NCBI GenBank assembly: GCA_012840225.1
Contig: DULU01000089.1
Location: 14,089 to 78,088 of the forward strand
Direction of reading: 5' to 3'
Length of the DNA stretch: 64,000 nucleotides
Source of the DNA: Bacillota bacterium
GTDB taxonomy: Bacteria > Bacillota > Limnochordia > DTU080
In this document: one piece after another, positions 1-9,745 of the stretch
Position numbering within the stretch: the stretch's first letter is position 1
How the letters are laid out: the number at the start of each line of letters is the position of its first letter
Program-made: the position numbers and the translations under genes
Notes under the pieces: model-generated
Databases searched by the model: none
Told to the model about the DNA's origin: nothing
Seen by the model: only the letters and a program-made list of their open reading frames with translations

Positions 1-74
1 CGGGGGCGGAGGTGATCGCTCCTCCGCCCGCTACAGAATGACTTTGTGTTTCAGCCACACCATTGCTCCTTTTT

Positions 75-1355
75 TTATTTATTGGCATAATACTCATCCA
101 GCAAAACTTGCACATTCTGATGAGCCAGCATGGCCGCTTCGTAAACATTCACCCTGCCGTAGAAAGCATTGTTCAGCGCACTGGACACGGCGCTCTGCCA
201 TTTGCTCCAGATGGGGCTCGGGCTGATGGGCACGGCGTGCTCTAGACTGTTGACGAAAACCATACGGTTTTTCGGCGGTACGTCCATCTGCATGAAGGTG
301 GTGACGGCAACTTTACGGTTGATCGGCACGGCCTCTCCCAAAAGGGTCCATTCTCTTTGGGCATATTCGCTGGAGAAAAACATGATCCAGTCCCAGGCCG
401 CCTGCTGCTTGGCCGGGCTGGTTTGGGCATTGATCACCCAGGAGTTGACGATCACCGGGTTGAAACGGCCGCCCGGGCCTATCGGTACCAAGGTGATGTC
501 ATAATCGAAACCCCGCTCGTTGGCCGGGAAAGTCCTGATATATAAACCATATTGCATGGACACCAACTGTTGCGGGAACCAGTCGAAGACATTGGTTCCC
601 GGCGGCGGTGAACTGCGATCGACATGTACCATTTCCACCATGTAGCGCAAGGCGTCGATGGTGCGGCTGTCGCTGATCATGGATTTCCGGCCGCTTTTGT
701 CCAGGATGTCGCCGCCGAAAGCCCGGATGATGGGATACCAGCCTTCGGTGACATGGTTGATGGAGCGGAAGCCATATTGATTGGGTGTGCCGTCGTTGTC
801 CGGATCGAGGGTCAGTTTTCTGGCCACCATGCGCACATCGTCCAGGGTCCAGTTTTCCGTGGGAAATGCTAGCCCGCCCTTTTGGAAATGCTCTTTATTA
901 TAGAAGAAGGCGGACACCTGCAACCCTTGCGGAAACGCCCAGATGTGCCCTTCATTGTCACGATTGGTGTCGATGCCGAAGTAATCTCCGATGTTGGGCA
1001 AGCCATTCACCCTGGTGGTCAGATCCAGGGCAAAGCCGTTGTCCTTATATTGGGCGACCAGCACCCCGTCGCAGAGCCAGACATCGGGGCCCACACCCGA
1101 CACCAGGTGCACCGGCAACTGGTTGAAGAAGGCCGAGTAACCCGCAGATGAATATGTGACTTTATATTGTGGATTGGCTTTGGCAAATTCCTCTATCAGC
1201 TCAATCATCTTTTTACCGGTCTGCCCGAAACCGGCTGAAGCCTCGTAGAAACCGATATGCAATTCCACCTGCTCGGCACAAAAGGCACCGACAGCATAGC
1301 CGGCCCACATACAGGCGCACAACAACATGGCCACCATATACTTGATGCTTTTCAT
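75..1355 (-). CDS. ABC transporter sugar-binding protein (extracellular solute-binding family 1)
   Basis: 426 aa with an N-terminal signal peptide; GPDVW, FFYNKEHF..GL..P..WT.DD and AAWDWIMF motifs typical of CUT1 binding proteins. Confidence 0.9.
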   Translation of the reverse strand: MKSIKYMVAMLLCACMWAGYAVGAFCAEQVELHIGFYEASAGFGQTGKKMIELIEEFAKANPQYKVTYSSAGYSAFFNQLPVHLVSGVGPDVWLCDGVLVAQYKDNGFALDLTTRVNGLPNIGDYFGIDTNRDNEGHIWAFPQGLQVSAFFYNKEHFQKGGLAFPTENWTLDDVRMVARKLTLDPDNDGTPNQYGFRSINHVTEGWYPIIRAFGGDILDKSGRKSMISDSRTIDALRYMVEMVHVDRSSPPPGTNVFDWFPQQLVSMQYGLYIRTFPANERGFDYDITLVPIGPGGRFNPVIVNSWVINAQTSPAKQQAAWDWIMFFSSEYAQREWTLLGEAVPINRKVAVTTFMQMDVPPKNRMVFVNSLEHAVPISPSPIWSKWQSAVSSALNNAFYGRVNVYEAAMLAHQNVQVLLDEYYANK

Positions 1356-1487
1356 ATTAGGACCTCCTTGATAAGTTGTTTTTTCATCCGGTTACCTACA
1401 GAGTCGAACAACCTAAGCCGAAATTAAACACAAAATACTAAATATCCCGGTTTCACTACACCTCCTCACAGCGTCTCAAGCGCGGTG

Positions 1488-3461
1488 CTATGCCGGGCTG
1501 CACAGTTCCGCCACCATATCCCAGACAATATTGCCCTCGGCATCCTTCGGGCAGGGAATGCCGAGCAGGTAGGCCAAAGTGGGGGCAATGTCGATGATCT
1601 GCAAGGGATGACGGCGCCTGGTGCAAGGCACGCCCGGCCCGGCCACAATCAGGGCGGCGTGCATCTCCGCTATGGTGGGCAATGTGAGATGAGCGCCGGT
1701 GAAATTGCGGGTGAGCGCCGACCTCTCAAATAGCTCGGGGTTCGGCATAAAGCGTTCGGTGTGGTCGCGATATTTAACCACCGCCCGGTAGATATAGGGG
1801 TTGGCCATATATCCCGGTTTGAGAGCAAAAAGCACATCTCCCACCCGGTCAAAACCTCTCCCCTGATAAACCCCTAAAGTCAGTGCTTCCTCTTTGGTGA
1901 GCGCCGCCGTCACCACCCTCTCCCCGGTGTCCGGATCTCTGATGTTGAGCAGGGCGGTGATGATCTCTTGCTGTACCAGGCCATAATCTTCCGGCGGGAC
2001 GGCGCCATGGGGATCCCGTCCCTTCAGGTTGATGAAGATGTGCGCATGACAGGGCTCCAGAGGATGGCACTTAGTACGCAGCCAGTCGATATGCATCTCC
2101 CCAGTGCGCTCGTCGAGAGTGTAGGCGAGCAACCCGGCGTCGGCCAGCGCCTTTTTCAGAAAGAGGAACTGATCGAGATGGGTGAAGCCATGATCGGAAA
2201 CCACCACCACTAAAGTGCGCTCCAGATCCACCTGCTGTAAGATCTCGCCGATGCCCTGATCGACGTGATGATAAACCTGCCGCAGGGCATCCAGCCAATA
2301 TGAGGCCCCTTCGGCATCATACATCCTGGATCTGGGCTCGATGCCGCCATAGACCACGTGCTGCAGGTGATCGATGGTACCCACCCAGCTGAAAGCCATG
2401 TCCCACTCCTGGGTCTTCAGTATGTATGAAGTGGCTTTAACCCACCAGTCGTTGTGCGCCGCCAGCTGCTCCATATAGAAGGAAAAAGGAAGCCACCCAT
2501 CCATAAAAGCCCAGGGATCGTCCACTTCCATATAGGGACCGGCGGTGGCCTCAATGGCGGCGGTCAGGGAAGGAGGATTGGTGTAGGTCTCGGCGGTGTT
2601 GATGGCGGAAACATAAAGATCGAGCTCCGTGCCGTCAGGGCTGAGCTTGATCAGCTGGAAGCGAAACCGGCCGCGGCGCTTTCCCTCCGGGGTGGTAAAG
2701 GTCTCCACCAGCCAAGCGCTGGTCTCCCCCACCGAGAGCCGCACCGCCACTTCCCGGCCTTCCCTGTTCCGGCTGATCAGCACCTGATCATAACCCCGGC
2801 CGCAGCTGTCGATGATGAAGACTTTATATTCATGGCCCGGAACATAGGTGGGGGGAATTTTCATGGTGAAGGTCAAGGGCGGACGGCGAGAATCCGCACC
2901 CGTGCCCGAACCCGGCGGCCCCCATCCGGCCAGAACCGGTTCCGGCCGCACCACCACCGCCCGGCCGGGAATCTGGTTGCACGCCCGGGGTTTAGTGGAA
3001 AAGAACGAACTGGAAGCGATATCCCACAAAGGCATGTAGAAAAAGCGGAAAGGAGGATTGAGCGCAGCCGCTACCTGGGTGACTTCATTGTTTGACATGG
3101 GCCAGATGACCGGCCAGTTGATCAAAGCCGTCCGCTTGCCAACCGACCCGCCCGCCTCCCACAAGGTCTGCGCCTGCAACAGACGCCGGTCGAAGGAGGT
3201 GTGCCACTGGTCCAGGTCCTCGCCCGGCAGGTGGACCATCAGGCTGGGTATGCCGGCGGTGCCGGGGCCGGCGCCGGTGGTGATCGCCGCCCAGGCGGCC
3301 GCCGTGAGAGGGGGAAAAGTGGGGATCACCCTGGAGAAGATGCCATTGCCCATCAACCCGGTAATATTTGGCAGAATTCCTTCGTCAGAGAACTTTTGCA
3401 ACAAATCAGGCAAGGCGGCATCGATGCCAAGAACAAGAAGCTTGTCAGGTCTTGTCGACAT
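1488..3461 (-). CDS. Alkaline phosphatase superfamily protein (type I nucleotide pyrophosphatase/phosphodiesterase)
   Basis: LVLGIDAA, PPLTAAAW..ITTG, DHLQH, VVSDHGF and DIAPTL motifs. Confidence 0.85.
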   Translation of the reverse strand: MSTRPDKLLVLGIDAALPDLLQKFSDEGILPNITGLMGNGIFSRVIPTFPPLTAAAWAAITTGAGPGTAGIPSLMVHLPGEDLDQWHTSFDRRLLQAQTLWEAGGSVGKRTALINWPVIWPMSNNEVTQVAAALNPPFRFFYMPLWDIASSSFFSTKPRACNQIPGRAVVVRPEPVLAGWGPPGSGTGADSRRPPLTFTMKIPPTYVPGHEYKVFIIDSCGRGYDQVLISRNREGREVAVRLSVGETSAWLVETFTTPEGKRRGRFRFQLIKLSPDGTELDLYVSAINTAETYTNPPSLTAAIEATAGPYMEVDDPWAFMDGWLPFSFYMEQLAAHNDWWVKATSYILKTQEWDMAFSWVGTIDHLQHVVYGGIEPRSRMYDAEGASYWLDALRQVYHHVDQGIGEILQQVDLERTLVVVVSDHGFTHLDQFLFLKKALADAGLLAYTLDERTGEMHIDWLRTKCHPLEPCHAHIFINLKGRDPHGAVPPEDYGLVQQEIITALLNIRDPDTGERVVTAALTKEEALTLGVYQGRGFDRVGDVLFALKPGYMANPYIYRAVVKYRDHTERFMPNPELFERSALTRNFTGAHLTLPTIAEMHAALIVAGPGVPCTRRRHPLQIIDIAPTLAYLLGIPCPKDAEGNIVWDMVAELCSPA

Positions 3462-3576
3462 GTGCCTACCTCCGTGAATAGCAACTATGAAATAAACTTG
3501 TATTTAATAAGAACCTTTTTGTCCTCCCACAGCGATTTTCCTGCCTGCCGCCGGCGCGGAGTTTGCGGGAAAAGCA

Positions 3577-4869
3577 TCAACATGAATGGCTATCAGCCGG
3601 TCCCACCCAGAATCTGCCGCCGAATCTGCCGGCTGCCGGGCGCCATCCTTCCAGGTTGGCCTGGATGGGTAGACGGGCCCAGTTGCCAGCTAAACGCTCC
3701 TCAATCACCTCCCGCCGGGGAATGCCTGAAGTGGCGTCGATGGCTTCAACACTGCAGGCCCCCACCGCCACAGCCCACTCCATGGCTGCCTCCGGCGGGC
3801 GGCCTTCCAGATAGGCGGCAAGAAAACCGGCCACTGTGGCATCGCCGGCTCCGGTGGCGCCGGCCACTTGCACCGCAAAGCATGGTGTCCACAGCTCCCG
3901 ATGCGCCCATATTTCCTGCCCGCTCTCACCGGTGCGGAGGTAGAAACCTTGATCGCCGAGTTTCAGCCCGACCACTTTGGCTCCCATGGCGATCAGCTCC
4001 GCCCCCAGGCGGCCAACTATCTCCGCATCCAAAAAGGAAGCAAAACTTCCCGGCTTTTTCCCGGCCGCCCGCTCTGCCGACGCCGCCTTTTGCTCCTTGG
4101 CCGCCACTTCGGCATATAGGGCGGGATGAAGCATCAAGAGCATCTCTTCGGCGCTGGGTAAAAACACATCCACAAATGGTAGGGTTTTTTGCAAAATAGC
4201 CCGCCAGTCGGCCTTACCGGCCGCCGAGTCGGGATCGGGCATGGCCATATCCAGGGAGGTAGACAAACCTTGCTCTTTGGCCTGGGAAAAAAGGGTCACA
4301 AGCTCCCTGCCGCCGTCGGCATACATGCCGGCCATGATCGGCGGGTAACCGAAATGAAGATGGCGCACTCTGCCTCCCGCCGCCTCCCTGGCTTGAGTCA
4401 AACCGGTCAAGGCCTGGAAGAGGTCTGCTGCAGAGAAGGTATTGTTAGCTCCCGGAGCATGCAGGAAGATGCGATCCTGGCGCGGCGGGTTGATGACGAT
4501 GGTGTATGAGGTGTGGGTATCGCCGCTCGTGATAATGTTCTCACTCAAGGCCGGATGTCGCTCAGAGAGCAGCTCTCTCACCATGGAGCCGAAAATATCT
4601 GCGCCCACCTTGCCGATGAGGTGCACCTTTACCCCGATATTATGCAACGCCAGGCCGGTATTGGAGACTACGCCGCCCAAGGACACCGTCGGTTCCTCCA
4701 CCTGGATGAGCGTGCCGGGGATGAACATCTCCTGCAGCGATCGCTCACCGGCCGGAAAACGCGGGATGATGTCAAGGCAGATATGCCCGGCCACCACCAC
4801 TTCACCGACCTCATAGTGATCGTTGGCATTCATATTTAATACCGCATTGGTATTGGTTTTTACTACCAT
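3577..4869 (-). CDS. PfkB family carbohydrate kinase
   Basis: GG..SNTG.AL and VG.D.FG motifs; C-terminal GATGAGD..VAGFL signature. Confidence 0.9.
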   Translation of the reverse strand: MVVKTNTNAVLNMNANDHYEVGEVVVAGHICLDIIPRFPAGERSLQEMFIPGTLIQVEEPTVSLGGVVSNTGLALHNIGVKVHLIGKVGADIFGSMVRELLSERHPALSENIITSGDTHTSYTIVINPPRQDRIFLHAPGANNTFSAADLFQALTGLTQAREAAGGRVRHLHFGYPPIMAGMYADGGRELVTLFSQAKEQGLSTSLDMAMPDPDSAAGKADWRAILQKTLPFVDVFLPSAEEMLLMLHPALYAEVAAKEQKAASAERAAGKKPGSFASFLDAEIVGRLGAELIAMGAKVVGLKLGDQGFYLRTGESGQEIWAHRELWTPCFAVQVAGATGAGDATVAGFLAAYLEGRPPEAAMEWAVAVGACSVEAIDATSGIPRREVIEERLAGNWARLPIQANLEGWRPAAGRFGGRFWVGPADSHSC

Positions 4870-4969
4870 TCTAATCCTCCCCAGGCACTTTATGGCGTAA
4901 CTGCTCGTTCAAATGATATACTATAAAGGTTGAATACAGCAACAGCCTAGCGAGGAAAGAGGTGTCCCC

Positions 4970-5392
4970 GTGGCCGGATGGGTAATTGATGCGCTCTTGG
5001 CGGCGTTTTTCGGCGGCCTGGTCGCTATCTTCGGCAAAATCGGCGTGAAAGGCATCGACTCGCTGACCGCCACCATGGTGCGCAGCTTGGTGATGGCCGG
5101 GATGATGGTGCTGGTGGCCCTCTCCGCCAGAAGGCTCAATTTCCAGGGCATCGAGGGCAAGCCGCTCCTCTTCATCATCCTGGCGGGGGCAGCAGGCGCA
5201 GCTTCATGGATCTTCTACTTCCGTGCCCTCCAAACAGGGCCGGTAAGCCGCATCGCTCCCATAGACAGGCTGAGCGTGGTGGTGGCTATCGTCCTCTCCA
5301 TGCTTTTGCTCGGCGAGCGGCCCGGACCCATGGGCTTGCTCGGTGCCGCCCTGGTAGTGGCCGGTACGCTGGTGTTGGTCTTGGCGCCATAA
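4970..5392 (+). CDS. EamA/DMT family small transporter
   Basis: 140 aa hydrophobic protein; AIFGKIG, SWIFYFRALQ.GPVS..APIDRLS and LLGE motifs. Confidence 0.88.
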   Translation: MAGWVIDALLAAFFGGLVAIFGKIGVKGIDSLTATMVRSLVMAGMMVLVALSARRLNFQGIEGKPLLFIILAGAAGAASWIFYFRALQTGPVSRIAPIDRLSVVVAIVLSMLLLGERPGPMGLLGAALVVAGTLVLVLAP

Positions 5393-5417
5393 CAGCCGAT
5401 AAGTCTAATAACAAAGC

Positions 5418-6506
5418 CTAATAACCCAGAAAAGCCCTCTTCTCCCGGTGGTAATAAAGGTAAGTGTCCAGAGGAACGTCGGCCGGCACCCGGTGGTCGA
5501 CATGCGGAATAAACCCACCTTCCGCTATGACGGGCTCCAGCCGCCGCAACTCGGCCAGCACCGCCTCCTTTCCCTGCAGGAGGCACATTTTGTCGAAGCC
5601 GCCGAGAAGGAGGATCTGCCGGCCATATTCCCGGCGCAAAGCCACAGGATCGGAGCCGGCCCTCACCTCGATGGGGAACATACAATTATAGCCGGCCTCC
5701 AGCCAGATGGGCACCAGGGCGTTGATGTTGCCGTCGCAATCGGTGAAGATGACGTCCACCCCATATTGATGCAGGAGGTCGGCAATCGCCTTATACCTGG
5801 GCAAAAGCAATTCCCGCAGCATAGCGGGGCTGATCAGCGGGCCATTGTTGAAGCAGATGTCTTCCCACCCGTGTGCATAATCGAATCTGATAAGTTCCAG
5901 ATAGGGCTTGATGCCCTGGATGATCAGCTGGAACTGGGTCTCCACGATCTCCTCCACCAACTCCGGATCATCATATAAAAGATAGGCCAGGTTCTCCACA
6001 CCTATGCGGTTGCGGGGCGTGCCGATCAGGGAACCGATACTTATCCCCACAGGATAATCGGCCTGATTATACTTCTCCGCCAACTGCTGCAGGTGCTCCG
6101 GTGCAGGCCGGCGCCCGGGGGTCGCCGGATTAAGTCTTTCTTTATATTCCTCCCAGCTGGCCTTGTCTTTGATGGGGTAGGAAAGATAATGCGGGATGGT
6201 AGCCTCTCCGCTTCGCGGTTGGGCATATATGATGCCTTCACCATCCTGCACAATTTCCACATCATCCCTTCTCTCCAGCACTTTTGGCTGAAAAGGCGGC
6301 AGCAGTCCCAGCGGCGGTCCAATGGCCACCCGCTTGTCCAGCCCGAAAAAGGCATCGGCTTCCCGCTCGCTGTTGATATGCTCCGGCAATCCCTGCTTGT
6401 GCCACACTTCATAGCATTGCTTCCAATAGCCGAATTCGTAGTTGGGCACCCTGTCCACCGGCTGAAAATGAAAGGTGCGCTGCCAGCGCTCCCTGGCATT
6501 CATCAA
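5418..6506 (-). CDS. Uroporphyrinogen decarboxylase (URO-D/MtaA-like) family protein
   Basis: F..VDRVP, WEDICFNNGPLISP, DCDGNI, GGFDK and GGFIPHVDH motifs. Confidence 0.85.
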   Translation of the reverse strand: MMNARERWQRTFHFQPVDRVPNYEFGYWKQCYEVWHKQGLPEHINSEREADAFFGLDKRVAIGPPLGLLPPFQPKVLERRDDVEIVQDGEGIIYAQPRSGEATIPHYLSYPIKDKASWEEYKERLNPATPGRRPAPEHLQQLAEKYNQADYPVGISIGSLIGTPRNRIGVENLAYLLYDDPELVEEIVETQFQLIIQGIKPYLELIRFDYAHGWEDICFNNGPLISPAMLRELLLPRYKAIADLLHQYGVDVIFTDCDGNINALVPIWLEAGYNCMFPIEVRAGSDPVALRREYGRQILLLGGFDKMCLLQGKEAVLAELRRLEPVIAEGGFIPHVDHRVPADVPLDTYLYYHREKRAFLGY

Positions 6507-6848
6507 CGATCATTCTCCCTTCGCTGCCTGCGTCGCAATTCGTTCCAGCCCAAACATCACCATCATCTTATTTAACACCATCTTATTTACCACCGCTCAT
6601 CTCTTTCCTTCGTTTTTCTGCGAACGCCACGAAAACTATATGAAAGTTTATGGGCGTATAGATAGTATTAAAGTCCTATTAGGTCCCGGTGTCGTTTTTA
6701 TTTAACCTATAAAAAGTATGCCTATAGATAGAAGGAACATAGCACCAGCAATAAGAATAGCGATTTAAACTCCGCAAAATATCGATTGTAACTTACAGCA
6801 ACTATCTTCCTACTTTGTTAAGGTAGAGGCGTAGGAGTTGGTTCCTAG

Positions 6849-7454
6849 ATGGAACGTCTGGCGGGTGCAGTGGGGGCATTCCTGGCCGAACAGCTAAATT
6901 TGGACAATGATCGCCGCGAACAGCTTTCTTATGGAGCGTTCATCGCATTGCAGAGTGTCCTGGTGTTCGTTATTCTGCTGGCTATCGCCCTCCTCTTCGA
7001 CATCTGGCGCCAGGCGTTGGTTATCGCCTTCACGGCCGCCTCATTACGGTGGAAAGCAGGTGGCTCACATTTAGGGAGCGCCACCGTTTGCACCGTTCTT
7101 TCCATTGCTGTTTTCACCGGCAGCAGCCTCCTGGTAAAAAGCGGGACCGCTTATCTGGCCGCCGCTTCGCCCTGGACACTGTTGCTCCTGGTTTTGGCCT
7201 CAACTTTGGTCGCTTCCGTGTGCGTCTTTATGTATGCCCCGGTGGAAGCCGCCACCCGCCCCTTGCGCCCTGAACACAAGGAGAGGTTAAAAGCAGCGAG
7301 TCGAAAGCTGGTGTTGGCATACTCGTTATGTGCCCTTGTAGCTGTACCATTTTACAGATGGCTCGGATTGAGTATCGCAATGGGTTTATTGCTGCAAAGC
7401 TTCACTTTGACACCGGCCGGGATCAAAATAGCGCACATCCTGGATAAAAAATAA
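6849..7454 (+). CDS. agrB: Accessory gene regulator B (AIP-processing membrane peptidase)
   Basis: LR..AGGSH......C catalytic His/Cys motif, YAPV...RP motif, multiple TM helices; directly upstream of an AgrD-like ORF. Confidence 0.92.
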   Translation: MERLAGAVGAFLAEQLNLDNDRREQLSYGAFIALQSVLVFVILLAIALLFDIWRQALVIAFTAASLRWKAGGSHLGSATVCTVLSIAVFTGSSLLVKSGTAYLAAASPWTLLLLVLASTLVASVCVFMYAPVEAATRPLRPEHKERLKAASRKLVLAYSLCALVAVPFYRWLGLSIAMGLLLQSFTLTPAGIKIAHILDKK

Positions 7455-7484
7455 TACCTACATAAGTAGATAGGAGGTGAAAAC

Positions 7485-7604
7485 ATGAAGAAGATGCTGC
7501 TGGGGGTCATTACCACCCTGTTGACCACCCTTGCGGTTACCAGCGTTGCTGGTGCCTGCATGTGGTTTTGGTATCAACCGCCGGTTCCCAAATCTCTGGA
7601 GTAG
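7485..7604 (+). CDS. agrD: AgrD-like cyclic (thio)lactone autoinducer precursor, 39 aa: MKKMLLGVITTLLTTLAVTSVAGACMWFWYQPPVPKSLE
   Basis: Translated by hand (absent from the ORF track). AGGAGGTG RBS, amphipathic leader, Cys-x4 core CMWFW, and the YQP.xP..L tail typical of clostridial AgrD. Confidence 0.92.
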   Translation: MKKMLLGVITTLLTTLAVTSVAGACMWFWYQPPVPKSLE

Positions 7605-7658
7605 TATCAACCTAATCCCAGATCCCGGCCGGCTTCCCTAAACAGGTGGTAATGCGGT

Positions 7659-8123
7659 TTGTCCACAACAATTGTACTCTTAGCACTATTGCTGTATATA
7701 CCTACTTCGATTTTATGCCTTTATGTAGGCTTGCGTGTTATCGGATATGTGCCGAAAGCAAAGCCATTATTGATTTTCGGTGCGCTGCACGGAATATTAT
7801 TAACAATATTCCACAATACGCCACGCCTCTTCGGTTTGCACATTCCTTTAAATACGTTAACCATGATATTAATAATATATTACCTAGCCAGATGCAGATT
7901 GGGAATGGCGGTATTAGCCGGACTGGTGGCGGTTCTTCTAACCGCTATCGGCGAGGGTCTATTCACAGCCCCTCTATTTTTATTAATGGGGGTCTCATTG
8001 GAAGAATCAATTAAAACTTTTGGATATAGAATGCTTGGCGGCTGGTTTGGAAATATATTATTATTGCTTATAAGCTTGGTTTTATACTTCCAAGGCAGGC
8101 ATAAAGGAGCTTCAAAAGCATGA
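7659..8123 (+). CDS. Polytopic membrane protein resembling a stand-alone AgrC-type sensor (input) domain
   Basis: 154 aa with about 5 hydrophobic segments and no kinase domain; lies right after agrD; stop overlaps the next start (ATGA at 8120-8123). Confidence 0.65.
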   Translation: MSTTIVLLALLLYIPTSILCLYVGLRVIGYVPKAKPLLIFGALHGILLTIFHNTPRLFGLHIPLNTLTMILIIYYLARCRLGMAVLAGLVAVLLTAIGEGLFTAPLFLLMGVSLEESIKTFGYRMLGGWFGNILLLLISLVLYFQGRHKGASKA

Positions 8124-9610
8124 ACTCCACCAAAGACCGCTTAGTCTGGCTGGCTTGCGGCGTATTGCTCATCGCCTGGGTGATTGCCGCAGCGGCGAAC
8201 CTCGGACTGCGGCATATATGGATAAACATCGATGAAGCAGAGGAGTTGTTTCATTGGAACTACACTCCTCTGCTTTTAGGTGCTGCCTTGGTCTTGGCCG
8301 GCGGCGTGCTGGCTTGGCTTTTCTATTCTCTCGGCACTCAGGAGCTCAGAGAGAAAGCCGCCATGGAAAAGCGCTTCCGCCAGATCCTGGAGGAAGCCTG
8401 TCGGGGTACCATGCACACTTTAAGCAGCGCCTTGGATTTGCGCGACGACGGTACTTATGGCCACAGCCAGCGGGTGACCGGTTATAGCGTGGCCATCGGC
8501 AAGCGCATGGGCCTGGATCACAATGAGCTGCAAATCCTGGCATGGGGTTCTCTCCTCCATGACTTGGGCAAGATCGGCATTCGCGACGAGATTCTGCTCA
8601 AGGCCGGACCGTTGGACGAAAATGAAAGAATGCAGATCAACAAGCACGCCATCATCGGTTGGCAGTTAGTGAAAGGTATTCCCTTTCTGGCAAAAACCGC
8701 CGATTTAATCAGACACCATCACGAGCGCTGGGACGGCACAGGTTATCCCGACCGCTTAAAGGGCAACGAAATCCCTCTTTTGGCTCGCATATTTACCGTG
8801 GCCGATGCTTTTGACGCTATGACTTCGCTCCGGCCTTATCGTTCCGTCCCATTTGATATCGACGAGGCCCGCGCCGTGATCAAGGCGGAGTCAGGGAAGC
8901 AGTTTTGCCCTCAGGTGGTGGAAGCTTTCCTCTCCATTTCCGATCTGGAACTGGAAGAAGTGCGCAACCACAGCATCATGCCCCTCTCCGACCCCAGGGT
9001 TCTATACCTTTTGGACATTGCATCGGAAGATATAAGCGATGCTTATTATCAGGATATCCTCACCGGTACCCGCAACAGATCAGCTTGGGAAATGAAGCGG
9101 GCGCAGATGATTTTGAAACGCGGTCAGGATTTGGGTATTCTGGTGTTTATAGATCTGGACGGCTTTAAAGATGTGAACGACATCCACGGGCATCCGGCCG
9201 GCGACCGGGTTTTGGCGGATTTAGGAGCGCGCCTGCTCCAGATCGGCTGTGAAAGCTATCGCCTGGGTGGCGACGAATTCATCCTCTGGTTCCCCAAGGA
9301 GACCACGCTGGCCGATGTGAGCAAACGGATGGAAAGCATTGCCGCCAATTTCGTCACCGACTGGAAACACTTAAAATGCGGGCTCACGGTCAGCTGGGGA
9401 GTGGCGATGGCCACCGAAGCCACCGAGTCTTTGGATCAACTTTTATATGAAGCAGACCGTGCTATGTATGGCCGGAAACGATCGAACCGCGCCGGCTATT
9501 ATACCCCCATCTACCCGGTAGGCAGCAATTATCCCATCATGGAGAACGACCAGGTCAAACTGGCTAAAAAAAAGATCAAGCCACAAACCGTGCACCGCAA
9601 CGGCACATAA
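8120..9610 (+). CDS. Membrane-anchored HD-GYP phosphodiesterase / GGDEF diguanylate cyclase
   Basis: Two N-terminal TM helices. HD-GYP motifs GHSQRV, LLHDLGK, HHHERWDGTGYP, VADAFDAMTS.RPY; GGDEF motifs DILTG..NR, FIDLDGFK.VND..GH..GD, YRLGGDEF. Confidence 0.93.
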   Translation: MNSTKDRLVWLACGVLLIAWVIAAAANLGLRHIWINIDEAEELFHWNYTPLLLGAALVLAGGVLAWLFYSLGTQELREKAAMEKRFRQILEEACRGTMHTLSSALDLRDDGTYGHSQRVTGYSVAIGKRMGLDHNELQILAWGSLLHDLGKIGIRDEILLKAGPLDENERMQINKHAIIGWQLVKGIPFLAKTADLIRHHHERWDGTGYPDRLKGNEIPLLARIFTVADAFDAMTSLRPYRSVPFDIDEARAVIKAESGKQFCPQVVEAFLSISDLELEEVRNHSIMPLSDPRVLYLLDIASEDISDAYYQDILTGTRNRSAWEMKRAQMILKRGQDLGILVFIDLDGFKDVNDIHGHPAGDRVLADLGARLLQIGCESYRLGGDEFILWFPKETTLADVSKRMESIAANFVTDWKHLKCGLTVSWGVAMATEATESLDQLLYEADRAMYGRKRSNRAGYYTPIYPVGSNYPIMENDQVKLAKKKIKPQTVHRNGT

Positions 9611-9633
9611 GGCAGATAAATATGAGAACAAAG

Positions 9634-9689
9634 AAAACGGGCGGAGCGCTTTACGGCTATATAGCCAAGGAGAACTCCGCCCGCTTTTA
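9634..9689. terminator. Probable bidirectional terminator between convergent genes
   Basis: aaaa-cgggcggag ... ctccgcccg-ctttt inverted repeat. Confidence 0.6.
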
Positions 9690-9745
9690 CTTTCAGGCTT
9701 GCCTATTCAACCGGCTCGCCTTACACCGTCGCCGGTGCTTTATTG

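Noticed and set aside
6564-6593. 15-bp tandem repeat CATCTTATTTA(A/C)CAC upstream of agrB as an AgrA/LytTR box
   Set aside because: The period is 15 bp rather than the ~21 bp typical of LytTR sites, it is far from agrB, and no LytTR regulator is present
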